A stretch of DNA of 61,478 nt, the filler included, from Sphacelaria rigidula (Eukaryota): NCBI GenBank assembly GCA_964200075.2. It is 7 parts of 7 records of this genome, joined end to end, with 100 filler letters (N's around TTAATTAATTAA, not from the genome) between each part and the next. Parts side by side here need not be neighbours in the genome. Positions count along the whole stretch, not along the records: positions 1 to 8,698 come from CAXNAA020010343.1; positions 8,799 to 17,495 come from CAXNAA020010344.1; 5 more parts are not named here. The stretch is one strand, 5' to 3'. This document shows, piece by piece, positions 1 to 12,535 of this stretch (the first letter of the stretch is position 1; every line of letters starts with the position of its first letter). The notes under the pieces were generated by a model that was not told the origin of the DNA, searched no databases, and worked only from the letters and a program-made list of their open reading frames with translations. The position numbers and the translations under genes are program-made.

Positions 1-1433
1 TGTTTTAGGCTTGAACCTCATCTCGGAGATAAACCTCAATTCGCATAATTTGTTGTTACTCAGTCAATCAGTCTCACCGATGCTTAGACTTCTTTTACTG
101 GAAGAGGATAGAGGATGGTAGTGAGACAGTACGCGCCAGATCTGCTTAGTGTGCAGATCTACCTGTCACCATCTCTACCATATACAAGGTCATATTCGTA
201 CCCGACCAACTCCGAACAGACCTGCAGTCTTGAATACCGGAATATCCGAAATACCGATAGCCAGACTCAACAGCGGGTCTGAAGCGGCATGACAACAGGC
301 TAATACTTCCTCTGTCCCATAAGTCTGGGGAGTTATGGGTGTGTAATTGTTTGCGCACTTATACTTTTCCGACCATCCTATAGTTAGGTTCACTGGAAAG
401 ATGAAGTCTCAACGAAGCTGTGCAAAAACAAAAAGCCGGTTGTCCATACTAAAACGAAGTCAAAATATGCCCATTTTGGCCCATTTTTGAGAATTTATTT
501 TGAGATTTATTTTGAGATTCATTTTTGAGAAGTCGTGTTTACCACCCCTAGACCTAGCCCACAGACAACACAATACCATGGACTTGCCTCCAAGTACCCC
601 CCCCCCCCGTTGCAAGGGCGGCGAGCTATCCGTGGGCCGCCGCATTGCTATCGCGGTGGAGGTTGCGAGGACAACTAATCATTTTTTTCCCCTGGGGATC
701 CCCAGGTGTCTTGGTTTTAGTGTGGGATCCCCAAGTGTCTTAGTTTTAGTGTGGGACCCCAAGTGTACTGATTTTAGTTTCGGGACGCTATTATACTGGT
801 TTTAGTATAGGGGGACGCGACGTGGATTGTTCAGTTGGAGCGTTGAGTAGAGGGGGGGGGCTACTGTTGTTTGGTTTGCCCCCCAAGTGTCTTGGTTTTA
901 GTGTGGAACCCCCAAGTGTATTGCTTTTAGTGTAGGTTCACTATTATACTGGTTATAGTATGGGGGGATGCGACATGGATCGTTGAGTTGGAGCGTTGAG
1001 TAGAGGGGGGGCCCGACTGTTGTTTGGTTTGCCCCCCAAGTGTATTGGTTTTAGTGTGGGACCACCAAGTGTATTGTTTTTAGTGTGGGTTCACTATGGT
1101 CCTGGTTTTAGTGTGGAGGATGCGACATGGATCGTTGAGTAGAGGGGGGTTAGGTTTAGGGTTGGGGATAATTCTTGGGGGTTTTCAGTGTTGTTTTTTT
1201 ATAGTGCCCCCAGTGGAAAGTGTTCAGAATATGGCCATTTTTGGCCTGACTACTTTTTGTTAGCCGCTAGCACATGCAAGGTAGCGCGCAAGAAAAAACA
1301 AAATGTGTTTCAACCCGAAAAACGCTCAAGATTTCCAAAACATTATCGCCGATGACATCCGACACCGTTAAGGGCTCGTACAAACATAACTCCCCAGATT
1401 TATGGGACAGGGGAAGTATGCATCTTCATGACA
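1..1433 (-). repeat. Putative 3' LTR (TG...CA), interrupted by a MITE at 306-1416
   Basis: On the minus strand a G-rich PPT-like tract (GGGTGGGTTAG) is followed by TGTCATG at 1433, and the scaffold edge reads ...AAAACA. No second LTR is available for comparison. Confidence 0.35.
306..1416. mobile_element. Tc1/mariner-type (Stowaway-like) MITE
   Basis: TIR CTTCCTCTGTCCCATAAGTCTGGGGAGTTATG vs CATAACTCCCCAGATTTATGGGACAGGGGAAG; TA on both sides (304-305, 1417-1418); internal tandem repeats at ~700-1150; homologous copy at 12536-13118. Confidence 0.85.
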
Positions 1434-1783
1434 CTAACCCACCCAGACGAACCTTTATTACAGCTGCGAGGATTGATCCTCAAAGCAGCGAAAAGTAAGG
1501 TTTGTCTTTACTCGTAAAGTCATGAGCGGCTAATGAAGCATACCTACGGAAACACTCCCGTACCCAACTGGTTTATCCTCAAAGCCCTCTAAGGAAACAC
1601 TCCCGTGACCAACATTTCTGTACCCACTCCCACACCTCAAAGGAAGGGAAGCATAGACTGCTTCGAGGGGCAGAACAACTGCTCCGAAACGCGGAAGCAC
1701 AAACTGCTTCTGCGTGCTAGCGATCAATGAAGAAGCACAAATTGCTTCGGCGTCCTAGCAACACTAAGGGGGGAAAGCAGGAA

Positions 1784-1950
1784 GGTACAACAGGGAGCAG
1801 AGCTCTAACCTGGGGGAAGCCAAAGGTACAACAGGGAGCAGGGTTTCAACCTGGGGTAATCCAGAGTTACAACAGGGAGCAGAGCTTCAACCTGGGGGAA
1901 TCCAAAGGTACGACAGGGAGCAGAGCTTCAACCTGGCGGAATCCAAAGGT
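1784..1950. repeat. Four tandem 41-bp units in the retrotransposon 3' non-coding region
   Basis: GGTACAACAGGGAGCAGAG... recurs at 1784, 1825, 1866 and 1907. Confidence 0.85.
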
Positions 1951-2148
1951 GCAAAAAACAGCAAGATCAGAAATCTGAAAATCGGTGGTCCAACGAGATT
2001 GAGCGCCAGCCGCAAGGGGATACTATATCTCCAGCATTCGTCGTAGATGATGTTCGTCTCCAGTGATTCTTGATCGTCGTCCGATGTAGGTCGCGCTGTT
2101 GTGATGTCGTAGAAGAGGGTCCTGGTGGGGAAGGGAGGGCAGATAATG

Positions 2149-4511
2149 CTACAGAAAAATGGGGGGGGGGGGGGGGGCAACAGTTGCGACAAGGGAGCGT
2201 GGTTCAAAGCGGGGCGTGGACGTCGTGGGTGTGGTCGATGTTGCGCTGGAGACCGCGGCGAAGTCCTTTGAACATAAGGCGCTGGAGGCACCAGGATCCG
2301 CGTGTGCAGATGGGCTGGTGGTGTATAGTGCTGGCCGGAGCTTGAGCTGTATGGGTTCAGGGTCATCGATGAAGCGCACGATGTATGTGTCTGCCGAAAC
2401 CAGGTTAGCGGAGTGGGTCTGACCCAACCACCAGAGGTTGTCGCTGCTTTTGAACCAAAGGTAGCTGCCCTTGGGCAGGAGTCGCTGGTTTGCGGAGAGC
2501 TTCGTCTTACAAGTCTTGGTGAGTACAAGTTCGTAACCATCGGCGACGAAGCGTAGTCCGTGATCGCGGTGAAATTCGCGGGCTGCTGCGCCACGACGTA
2601 TGTTGCGATATTTCTTTTTGTGAGCAAGATGCTGATGTTGGGATTGCGTCCAGCACAGGAGGATTGCACGGCGGTGCAATTGAAGGTCGGATTCGCGTTC
2701 CCAAGACGCTCTCCGGAGACCGTGCCAGTGTGTCTTATACATGACAGCGATTTTGCCACCTCGACCGCGGGTTATCTGGTGGCCGGAGATGGTAGACACG
2801 GTCAATCGAAGGGACTGTTTCGTCATGTCGTCAGTTGTAACGTGGTAGGGCGGGGACTTGGTCGAGTAGCTGTTGAGAATATATTGTGTGAGTCCGGCAG
2901 GCATGTACTTGGGGATGTCACTTGTATCATGCGGGTTCGTGCAGGGTTTGTATCTGTGCACGGAGATGCGGGGTTCGGTGTCCTTGCCCTGGTAGTCACG
3001 AGGCAAGACGAAATAGAGCAGTTTGTTACCAACGGGTTTTTCATCCGGTGACGATGACGATGGTCCGACTGGCAGGATCTTGAATAGTCCTGTCCAATTG
3101 AGGGACAATTTGGTCTTCAAAATTGTTTCGTTGGCTGCCTTGCTGGTGCCTTGGCGGATGGTCGACAAGCTTTTGTAGATCCAACCCCAATCACCAACTT
3201 TCCAGTTAGTGCGTTTGTGCATGAGGTCGTAGAGAGCAGTGTCAGATCTCTCTATGCGCGAGGCGTTGATAGCGTGTTGTTCGCGCACGAGGGTAAACGC
3301 TTTGCGTTGTCGTGCATGCGCTAGCTCGTGGTGGGATATCTGGCCCTGATCCAGTCCTTGGTGGCCGTCGAACGTGTGGCGCTCAAACATGGTGATAGGC
3401 AGCCGAGGGTAACGTCCAAGATGGAGTTCGTTCGGAGAAAGGCCTGTGGCGGCGTTAACCGAGTTGTCGTAGGACAACATGATGTGGGAGACATGTAGGT
3501 CCCAGTCATTTTGGCGGTCACTGACAACCATAGAGCATCTGGGTCATGGTGTGATTAAGTCTTTCGGTGCCACCGTTACCGTTTGGGTGGTAGGCGCTCA
3601 TGGCAATTTTGCGGATGCCCAGGAGCTTGTAAAGCTTATCAGAGAGATCTGAGCAAATTTGCAGACGATTGTCTGAAAGGAGTCGCTTTGGGCAACCGTA
3701 GTGCTTAATGTAATCGTGGACCAATATGTCGGCCGTTCCGGGAGCAGTTAAATCTGCGGCGGTTACCGCGGTACATAGACGCGTGGCGGCTGAAGCGGTC
3801 AGTGAAGAGTAAGACGTAGGTGTTGCCGCGACCTGTGGTCGGGAGAGGGCCAAAGTAGTCAAAGGACACAAGGTGGACGGGCTCGTTGGGGAGTCCCACA
3901 GAGATGACGGGCCAGCGTACTGTTTGTCGTGAAGTCTTTCAGGCTTGGCATTTGAAGCATCGCCGAATCCAGAAGCGGGTTGAAATTTCCATGCCAGCCC
4001 ACCAGTAGAAGCGTTCCAAGAGCGCGAGGGTGCGGGTGACGCCAAGGTGATATGGCAAGTCTGTGTGGCAGCCCTTCATGATCCAGGGGCGCATTAATAA
4101 TGGCACATATGTGCGCGTTGGTTCGTCATCGAGTAGTCGTGCATGGCGTCCCGTGCTTGAGGAGGAAATTGCGCCTGTCAAAGGCATGGGCCGACGCACG
4201 AGTAGTTGCACACCTTCATCCGTAGTAAAAAGGGTGCCTTTACGCACGAGCTCGTATACGTCATAAATAACTGGTGGTGGCAGTGTGCCAACTGGGGCCA
4301 GAAGTGTGGATGGAAAAGGGACTGGATAGTCGAGTTGTAAGTACCGGATGGCTGCGCGATGTAGCGGTTCTGCGTTTTGCTCGCGAGCCCATTCGCGGTG
4401 GGGAGTCGCTGGCGAGAAACTCGCGTAGTTGACCTTCCGCTGGCGAGCCGACCAAACATAGTGGGGCAGGCGGCGGGGGAATAGGTGACGGGGCAGAAAT
4501 GCCGACGTCAA
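2149..4511 (-). pseudogene. Gypsy integrase (HHCC zinc finger, DDE core, chromodomain, C-terminal extension), frameshifted
   Basis: H-x5-HLG...CFKCQ zinc finger; core motifs VSFDYFGPLP, LFTDRFSR, LLSDN and HPNGNGGTERLN; chromodomain-like TISGHQ...YKTHWHG...SWERESDL at ~2683-2802. Confidence 0.9.
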
Positions 4512-4580
4512 TATCTGTCCTGGGAGCAGGAGCTAAGTCGTCAGCTTCGTGCTCGGGAGCAGTAGATGTTTGCGGCGCCG

Positions 4581-5445
4581 TTATGGGCGGCGGGGCTGGA
4601 ACAGCGCGCGGCGAAGATTGTCCGCGGCGCGTGGCGCACAGAGCAGAAGTTTTCGCGGAGCTTGCGTCTTGGTCCGTGGAACTTGTGCGGGGTGGCTCGT
4701 AGAAGTTGCAGGTGTTATCGGTGGCGGCGGGGCACTCGGTGTGGTGCGGGCGGCAGACCGGGAGCGCGTGTTGTCGGAGATTAGGTGAATGACCGAAGGT
4801 GTCTCCATGAAGAGTTTCGCGCGAGTACCGAAAATGCGGAAATCGACAAACTCGGAGCTAGTGGGCTTTAGCCCACCCAAGCGGACGTCATATGGTAGAG
4901 GGCGAGGTTCTCCCATATACATACCGTTTTCTGGGCACTTGAGGTCGAGGGCGTAAACGGGCGTTGGAAAACGTCTAATCGCGTAAATTCCGGGTTCATC
5001 GGGTCCCGTTAAACGGCAAGCCGGGCTGGAATCTGCGGCCGTAGGCGGCAGGAGTAGGCGAGAAAGAAGATCAGCGGTCCCGATGATTTTGCCTGGGCGG
5101 TGCTTAATGGTATACTGATATGCTGTTAGAAACTCCAACCATCGTTGTACACGCGGGTTGTGTTCGCCAACCTTGGCGAGTTGTTCGAGTGCTCCGTGAT
5201 CCGTATAGATCTCAAAGGGCACGTGAAGCAGGTATTGTCGAAGGCGCTTAATGGCCGAAGTGATTACTCCGCCTTCCAGTTCTAGAGGGCTCCAGTTGGC
5301 CTCGTTGGGCAGGGTAGCGCGGCTGATATAGAGGATGGGTCGAACGGAGCCATCAACCTGAGGTCGGTTCGAAACTCCTCCGAATCCGTTTGTGCTGGCG
5401 TCAGTGTGGAGTTGGAAAAGGCGCGAGCCATCTTGTACCGCCTCT
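4581..5445 (-). pseudogene. Gypsy RNase H plus Pro/Thr-rich linker
   Basis: FQLHTDAS near 5400-5420, FEIYTDH, QRWLEFL, IKHRPG...ADLLSR. Confidence 0.88.
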
Positions 5446-6514
5446 CAATCAGGAAAGCAGAGTTCCGGCTTTTCGGTAAGCGTCTTGAGTAATTCGCGGG
5501 TGATATTCTCCATTTCAGTTGTGAAGGAAAACACGGCTCCTTTCTTGAGTAACTCAGTAAGAAGGCGTATCAGTTTCGATAAATTCGGCAAAAAATTATG
5601 GTAGTAGGATAGTCCGCCCAACAATGAGCGAAGTCGAGAAATGTTAGTTGGCGTCGGCAAGCCAGTCATCGCTTTGACTTTGTTTGTATCCGGATGCAGG
5701 CCTGCTGGCGAAATGAAATGCCCCAAGAAATTCAAGTCAGTCGCACCAAGGCGAGCTTTGGATGGAGACACTTTCAAATCGTGCGTGCGTAGGCGAGAGA
5801 GAAATTCTCGTAAAGTGCGTATATGTGCAATAGGTGAGGCATTACAAGCGATAGCGTCATCCAGGTACATGATGATGTGCTCGAGGCCCTCGGTGACGCG
5901 TTGCATTAAGCGCTGAAAGCATCCCGGGGCAGTGGCGGCGCCTTGTGGCATGCGAAGCCACTCGTAGAGTCTGAACGAGGTACAACAGGCCGTCAGTGGG
6001 ACTGTGTGAGGGTGAATAGCATTCTGGAAAAATCCCGAAGCGAGGTCAAAGGTGCTGAATATTTTTCCTTCGCCTATTGAGTCGAAGACTACATCAATGC
6101 GGGGAATTGGAAGTTTACCGACGACAGTGACGCGGTTCAACCGTTGATAATTCACGGTGATGCGTATGTTTCCATCCTTTTGGGGACGACTACAAGGGGC
6201 GAGGCCCAAGGAGAGGAGGAATGTTGTACTAATCCCGCTCCCGAATGCGTATCCAAGATGGCATTAACTTTCTTGGTGAGGATCGGGTTTGTTCGGTATG
6301 GCCTAGAAGAAATCGGCGAGACGCCGGGTTAGAGGGTAACCTCAAAGGGCAGTGTTTTGCAATGCCCAAGATCCGTCTTGGATCGGGAAAATCGGTCTTG
6401 GTACTGTAGCAGGACATCACTGAGTTCTCGGATGACTGCCGGTTCCCAGCCGGGCCCATGAAGGCCAAAATTGATGTCGCACATGTGTGGCGGCAGTTGG
6501 TTCCACATGTGCAA
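5445..6514 (-). pseudogene. Gypsy reverse transcriptase, frameshifted
   Basis: FSTFDLASGFFQ, YEWLRMPQG, YLDD catalytic motif, FLGH; upstream FSRSKTDLG in another frame. Confidence 0.92.
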
Positions 6515-6535
6515 GAAACTATTCCGATAATCTGG

Positions 6536-7516
6536 TTATAAGCGTTGAACTACTTCAGCAGGAGGATCGGAATTTGACTGGGCGGGATCCACGGTGTAGA
6601 CTTGGGGTGGAGTCGCAGAGACGAGGTCGAAATAAGGTTCATCGATACAATGGACTGACTCCGCCGCAGATGTGGCGTTTGACGCGGCAGACTCTGTGAC
6701 GCACGTCTCGAGGGGGATGTGCATCAGGGGAGCAGCGGCGATTCCTAAAACCTCGCCGGGTTCCAAGTTGGCATGGCCCGTAAGAGGGAGGAGTTGTTGT
6801 CCCGCCGACACAAAATGTTCTGTGTCGGCTGGTGCGCCAATACGGGGTAACATTTCGGCAAGATAATGGCCCGTAAGTGCTGGCATGCCGTTACGGCGAA
6901 CTAGTGCAACTTCTAGAAGTTGGGGGTCGCCGGAGAGTGTAATACCAACGCTACCGCTGTATCGCAAGTGGTAAGCAGCTCCGGTTGCTTGAGGATTTTT
7001 CTCGTAGGCCAGGGCGCCGTGGAGAGTACCAAAGTGTTCGAGGTTGCATTGTCCACGAGGCGTGGAATGTGGCACTCGTGATGGAAGCGTGCGGTAGGTG
7101 CGTTTATTAAACCACATATAGCTATTTCTGCCCAATAATCTGGCGTGATGCATTGTGCTGTCGGGGACAATGTATGCCCAGACTGGCAGGCTGGCAGATC
7201 GAGTGGTGTTATGAAAGAATTGCACACTGAGACGTACGGATTTACGTGTCATCAGTGGTGCGGCCGAATCGTCGAAGCCACCCCATACCCGAGGTTTGGT
7301 GATGGTTTCACAAGCTGCAGTAGCAGCGCCAGCCTGTTTCATGTGTTTCCATGTTGATTCTCGAATAAATGTTTGCGGGCTGCCGCTGTCCAACAAGGAT
7401 TCGCATCTCATAGGCGTGATAGCGTTTGGACCGGAAGGGATTGCAACGCGAGTAGTGAAAGTGGCCGGATCGACAGACACTTTGCCGCCGACAAGATCCG
7501 GACCGTGTTCCGGCAA
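6536..7516 (-). pseudogene. Retroviral-type aspartic protease plus spacer
   Basis: LLDSGSPQTFI active-site motif and downstream LLGRN. Confidence 0.85.
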
Positions 7517-8383
7517 GGTAAATTGGTCAGGATCAGCGGGGCTGATAGCGAAAACGCACGGCGGGTGATCCGCCGGTGGGTCAGATGTCTCACCAGAGAA
7601 GGGGGTGGACGGTATATTATTTCCAGGTGTGGCACGGTCATGGGCGATTTCGTAAGTGATCGTCTTTGGTTGACAGGGATCATGTCCAAGGGGGATCCAG
7701 TTTGTGCAGGGCTGGAGCCGTCGATTGAGGAAGTAGTGCCGTCAGAATTATTCGATTTTGCTTCTTCCGGGATACTTTATAGAGCCGTCGAACTCATTGT
7801 CGTCGCATTTTTGAAGAGATTGAGGTCGAGGATTTCCGCTCGAAAGAGGTGTACGTGATGATGCGCGCGCGTCCTTTGGGGTATGATTACGGGGCTTCCT
7901 CTTTCGCCGTGACAAAGGTCGGGGAATTTTCAAAACATTTTGGGATGAAACCACAATTGTTTGCAGTTGCGTGGATGGGGTCAACATCGGGGCATGACGG
8001 AGCGAAACTTGTGGGCTGCTTTGCGTAGGCAAGCTTGGCTGTTGGGTCATAGCCGAAGATATGTTCGGGCGGGTTTATCAGAACCGGCCAAAGGTAGGTC
8101 CGGTCGTGTTGAAAATCGCGGGGAAGGAGCTCGATCCAACTGATTGGGAATTACATGATCCGATGTGATCAAGTTCAAATCAGCAACACTTGGGTCAGCT
8201 GAAGAAGGCTTGCTACTAACTGTGCGTGCGGTCGCTGAGGGAAATCTTTGCCTCAGGGACTAGCGGTTGGTCTTCCCACACCTCAGAGTTATACTCGGCA
8301 CTGAGGGACCAAGTTCAAAGCCGGGTGTAGGTCTGAGTCGTGGGATGACAGAACTGTTACGCGGTGTGTGGAGGGGTGAAGAT

Positions 8384-8600
8384 GGGGGTCGATCTTAACG
8401 GCCGTCAGTTGCGCTCCTGCACAGTGCCGGGGGAGCCGGGTGAGCTATCTTAGTCGCGGGCTCTGCGGGCTGTGTTGAAAAGTATGTGGAGGTTGGAGAC
8501 GGGGGTCGATTTGAACGCCCGCCAGTTACGCTCCTGGATAGTGCCGGGGGAGTTGGGTGAGCAATCTTAGTCACGGACTCCGCGGGCTGAATTGAGAAAG
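8384..8600. repeat. 117-bp tandem duplication in the gag-side region
   Basis: GGGGGTCGAT...GCGGGCTG at 8384 and again at 8501; unit length is a multiple of 3. Confidence 0.75.
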
Positions 8601-8698
8601 ACTTCGTTCGTGCTGTCGGCGGCGTGAAAGACCGAAGGACTGTTACCGAGATAGCCCCCCCCCCGAACCGGCCAAAAACGTGCACGGAGGCCGTGAGC

Positions 8699-8798
8699 NN
8701 NNNNNNNNNNNNNNNNNNNNNNNNNNNNNNNNNNNNNNNNNNTTAATTAATTAANNNNNNNNNNNNNNNNNNNNNNNNNNNNNNNNNNNNNNNNNNNN
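8699..8798. other. Artificial scaffold spacer (also 17496-17595, 26293-26392, 35090-35189, 43887-43986, 52683-52782)
   Basis: N44-TTAATTAATTAA-N44, repeated every 8796-8797 bp. Confidence 0.97.
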
Positions 8799-8929
8799 CC
8801 CCCCCCGAAAATATCCAGCATTCAAAAAATGGGCATAGGGTCTAGGATTTGTTTTTTGGGCACCCTCGAGTGACCAGGTAATTTCTTCGAGGAGGCAGGC
8901 GTTTTCCCCGACGAAGAGCGCGGATTCCG

Positions 8930-10200
8930 GCGCCAACGATCGACTACCGATACAGTACGTAAAACGGCAATTGCGGGAGTTGGGACTAGCGAGTAATGTC
9001 CCACATGCTTCATCGACCTCCAGACTGCGTACGGCTCAGTAGACCTCACGCTCCTGTGGGAAACACCCACCCGACGAAGTCCCGCCGCAGATGATCAAGG
9101 TCATCCATGCGTTCCACGATGGCATGCGATCTCGGGTACAGCTGGATGATGGCGCACTATCGGAGTCATTTCACGTCTGCCACGGACGGAGGCGAAGTAT
9201 GCGTTTGGTTCCCACTGAAAATAGTTCAACATCTTCGGCGCAGCATTAGTCGACCTCCTCTTACAGCGTTTCGCGGCAGACCCGGCCATCATCTCAGACT
9301 TCATATATCTAGATGATGCGCGGCGAAGTGAAAATGGTGACCCCCTGGGAGTGACGGGTGACGCAGAGGGCATAGCGTTGAGGTGACTAGGCGGGCTTGT
9401 CAGCATGGTTGCTGTGGTTCTGGCCTGTCACGACTTCGCCTTGACGTCATCGAAGAACAAGAAATATTTCATGCGCCCTTGGTCAGTAGGCAGCTCCCCA
9501 GAGACCGCACTGCATATGAGGAGGGCACGCCAACGGAACAACTAGACGGTCGATTTCGTCTACCTTGGTGCTGTCAGCGCAGACGCAAATGTTTACAGCG
9601 AATCAAACGCCGCATCAGCGTTGCATGGGCACGCCTCCGAAAGTATATTTTCAACGACAAGATCAGCCGAATGTTCGGCTCTTACTGAATATCCGACTGC
9701 ACAATGCGGAGGTAATGAAGGGAGTGAGTGATGTGCGGATATACTACATTGACGCTGCGTCCAAAGGATTTCGAAAGCCTGAGCACCGCCCACCTCAAGC
9801 TCTTACTGCAAGCAGCTGGATTCCGTAGGAAGGACTGCAGGGGACACCAGACTCTTTCACACAGAGCTATGCCTGGTGTGACCAACTGCATCTATATCTG
9901 AACGGTTATCGACGAACGTCAAATCTTATTCGCGGAGGTACTTGTCCGGAGGGACGAAACACATTATCCGAAGTGCATCGAGTTTGGCAGCCGGAGGACC
10001 GGAGGAAGCTGGCCGGCCTTTCAAACAGTGAGGGGACTGCTTACAGCAGAACCTGCTTGCGCCAGGGGCTGTCCCATGGAAAGGGGAGGAAACGAGATGA
10101 TTCGTCTACGGCACAGAGTTCAAAGACCCACAATACTGGATCACTGCTACGAAGAACGTGGGCAAATGGGGGGTCAGGGAAGGGGCATAGGAGGTCCACG
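8930..10200 (+). mobile_element. Degenerate non-LTR retrotransposon (RTE-like LINE) RT and C-terminal relic
   Basis: Broken frames give CFIDLQTAYGSVDLTLLWE, VPPQMIKVIHAFHDGMRSRV, FVYLG and RIKRRISVAWARLRKY. Confidence 0.8.
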
Positions 10201-11204
10201 AGGTGCGGCGACGCCAAGATCTATGCCAATCAGACCTACGCCACAAGCAAGAGGCTGTTGCGTTTAGAACTACCAAAAGGAGAGCCGCCATCGCTGGCAC
10301 AGCAACAGTAACAGCTACAGCTTGGGAGGAATCCAGGATTGAAATGGTCGAGATTTTTTACTTGCGCTATATCCAAGTAGAGATGACTTGGAGCGGCGGG
10401 GGTAACAAGCAAGTGATGTTCTGCTGTCCCATCAGCTATTGACTCCTTTCCTTGGCTTGCAGCCGTAGCGACGTTGACGTTCATACCTGTGTTCGTACAC
10501 CTGTTCTTGCGTGGTCATTGTGCTCGATCTCTTTGTTTTTCTCGTATCCTTTAGTTGTCCGCTCTCCTGCATTACATTTTTTCACTTCTTCAGGGGGGTT
10601 TTGGATACTGAAGTGGTGCCTGTGTCTCGCCACCGTAGAGCTCACGGTTGACAGTTTACTCCCGAACAGCCCCGAAATAGCTTCCACGACATTTTTTTTC
10701 CTCTTCTGCACAGTGTTTTCACTCGGAGCCAAGCTGCGGGGGCGGGGTGTTTGTATATTGTTTTATTTATTCTAGTCTTTTTTTCCCTCTCATTTTTTTT
10801 CGCCATCAAGGCCGGCTATTCGTGTTATTATTCTCCTCTCCTCTGCCTTTTTATGACTATTCTTGTGATTTGTTCGTCTTTCGCTTTTGCTCGGTCACTT
10901 CGTTTGCTCCATCTTCCTTTTCTTCTTTGCCTCCCTCCTTTCTAGGGTTTCCTTCAGCGAGTGTTTCCGTTTTGTTTACCTGGAGTACATCCATCATGTG
11001 GATGATGACCATGACTGGGTCCCTCCGGGATCAGCTAACGTGCGACAAATTAACTCCATCAAGTACCGCCGCTCTGTACCCACACTACAGCAGGGGGACG
11101 TGAGCTTCGTTCCAGACCGTCTGTGTCGGCCAGATACACTTGCCGTGTGTTTGCTTCTGTGCTGTAGCCTCGTTTGCCATAAGTCCACCTGTCTGCTGGC
11201 GTGT

Positions 11205-11400
11205 GCGGGGGATGTCCCCATGATCTTGCATGACATAGTCATCAGACCATTGACCTCGCATCCCTACAAAGCCGGGACGGNNNNNNNNNNCTAGCAATCA
11301 ATCACCAAGCGCGAAGCGCCGTGGTGTGTTTGGCGAGTCGCATGAAGGGCGAGCTGCATCCTGCTCAGATTGTTCGGTCCGAAGCGTACAGGTCGTCTTG
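11205..11400 (+). repeat. G-tract-associated short dispersed repeat (copies at ~14770-14900 -, 24380-24480 +, 25100-25200 -, 39050-39245 -; variants at 25420-25485, 26274-26292, 41843-41905)
   Basis: Shared core GACCATTGACC(T/A)CGCATCCCT...GGGACGGAGCA; 11321-11390 matches the reverse complement of 39050-39120. Confidence 0.8.
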
Positions 11401-12535
11401 CATTTGGATGACAGCCTCCAATGAGTTGCTTCATTTTCTGGTATCGCCACTTTCAGAGACAGCCACTGGTTACACACTGCCTCACGGGTCTCTCACCATT
11501 CAGACACTACGTATTATAGTACGATCATCTCATTTGCAAGGAGTTGAGCTTTTCCCACCCCGCACAATATGATCTAGCTCGACCACCATGGTGGTTACCG
11601 CAAAAAACCGCAAGCGCGTAAAAAAAGACGGTAATCTGGTTGCCTATTATAGCGCACGCAATAAGTGGCTTTAAAGCGTCATCGCCAACGGAAGTCAATC
11701 CGATAGGGGGTCCGCCCCTAGAAAGCCGGGCTACGACTAATTGCTACGACTAACTGCTACGACAGCACCAGCACAACAATCGTATAGAAAGTACTGGGTT
11801 GCTCCGTACGAGGTTTGAGAAAAGACGTTGAGATTTTTTTCATCCTCTTTTTTGTCTAAAGCCATTTTTCACATCTTCTTACGGAGTTCAAGTTTTGCAC
11901 GCAAATTGGTAGGCGTGACTGTTCGGAGGCGGGGTTGTACATGTCATGGGACTACAGTACCGACTTGCAGATTTCACGCAAACAACGTAGAAGGCAGAAC
12001 ATCACATACATCGTGTCACGCAGAGAAGCTATGGCATAGCCATCAGACACAGCATCGCGAGGGCAGGAGGCAGCATCGAAGTAACCGGTAATACGCCGTC
12101 GAAAAGACCATCCATCAGTTCCCGGCGATTCTTCGGCATCGACGATGTAATATTTTCAGCGACGGCCATCTGATTCATCGCGGTTGCCATGTTGTTGTGG
12201 AGCTGGCACACAGCTGGTGTGAGCTCCTCGTGAGATCTATACAGACAGCCTTCAGACCCCATATTCCTAACCCGCAGCGAGAATTTGGACGCGTGTTCGG
12301 CTTTTTTGTTTCCTTCAACAGCCAACTCTGATTCGGTTTGAGACGTGGCGGCATTTCTTAGACGATTGTATGAGAAATGGCTTTCGTTGAGAAGAAATTC
12401 ATTTCTCGGACAAATTTCTCGGAGATAACGTCCCACAAGAAACGACGGTTCGAGAAATCTGTCCAAAAACGACCAGAAAAGTATTTCAACGTGTTTCTTT
12501 CGTAGCACAAGAGCGGCCTTATTGTTCATATCATA

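Larger units (their letters stand above)
1..8698 (-). mobile_element. Ty3/Gypsy LTR retrotransposon (chromovirus-like), degenerate; 5' end cut by the scaffold end
   Basis: Minus-strand domain order PR-RT-RNaseH-IN-chromodomain, spread over several frameshifted ORFs (see sub-features). Confidence 0.93.

Noticed and set aside
1146..1166. Telomere-like TTAGG/TTTAGGG
   Set aside because: Only about two degenerate units, inside a MITE.
1784..1950. Regularly spaced repeats resembling a CRISPR array
   Set aside because: Units are contiguous 41-mers without unique spacers, inside a eukaryotic retrotransposon, and no cas genes are present.
8743..8754. TTAATTAATTAA as a biological motif
   Set aside because: Assembly linker centred in fixed N runs.
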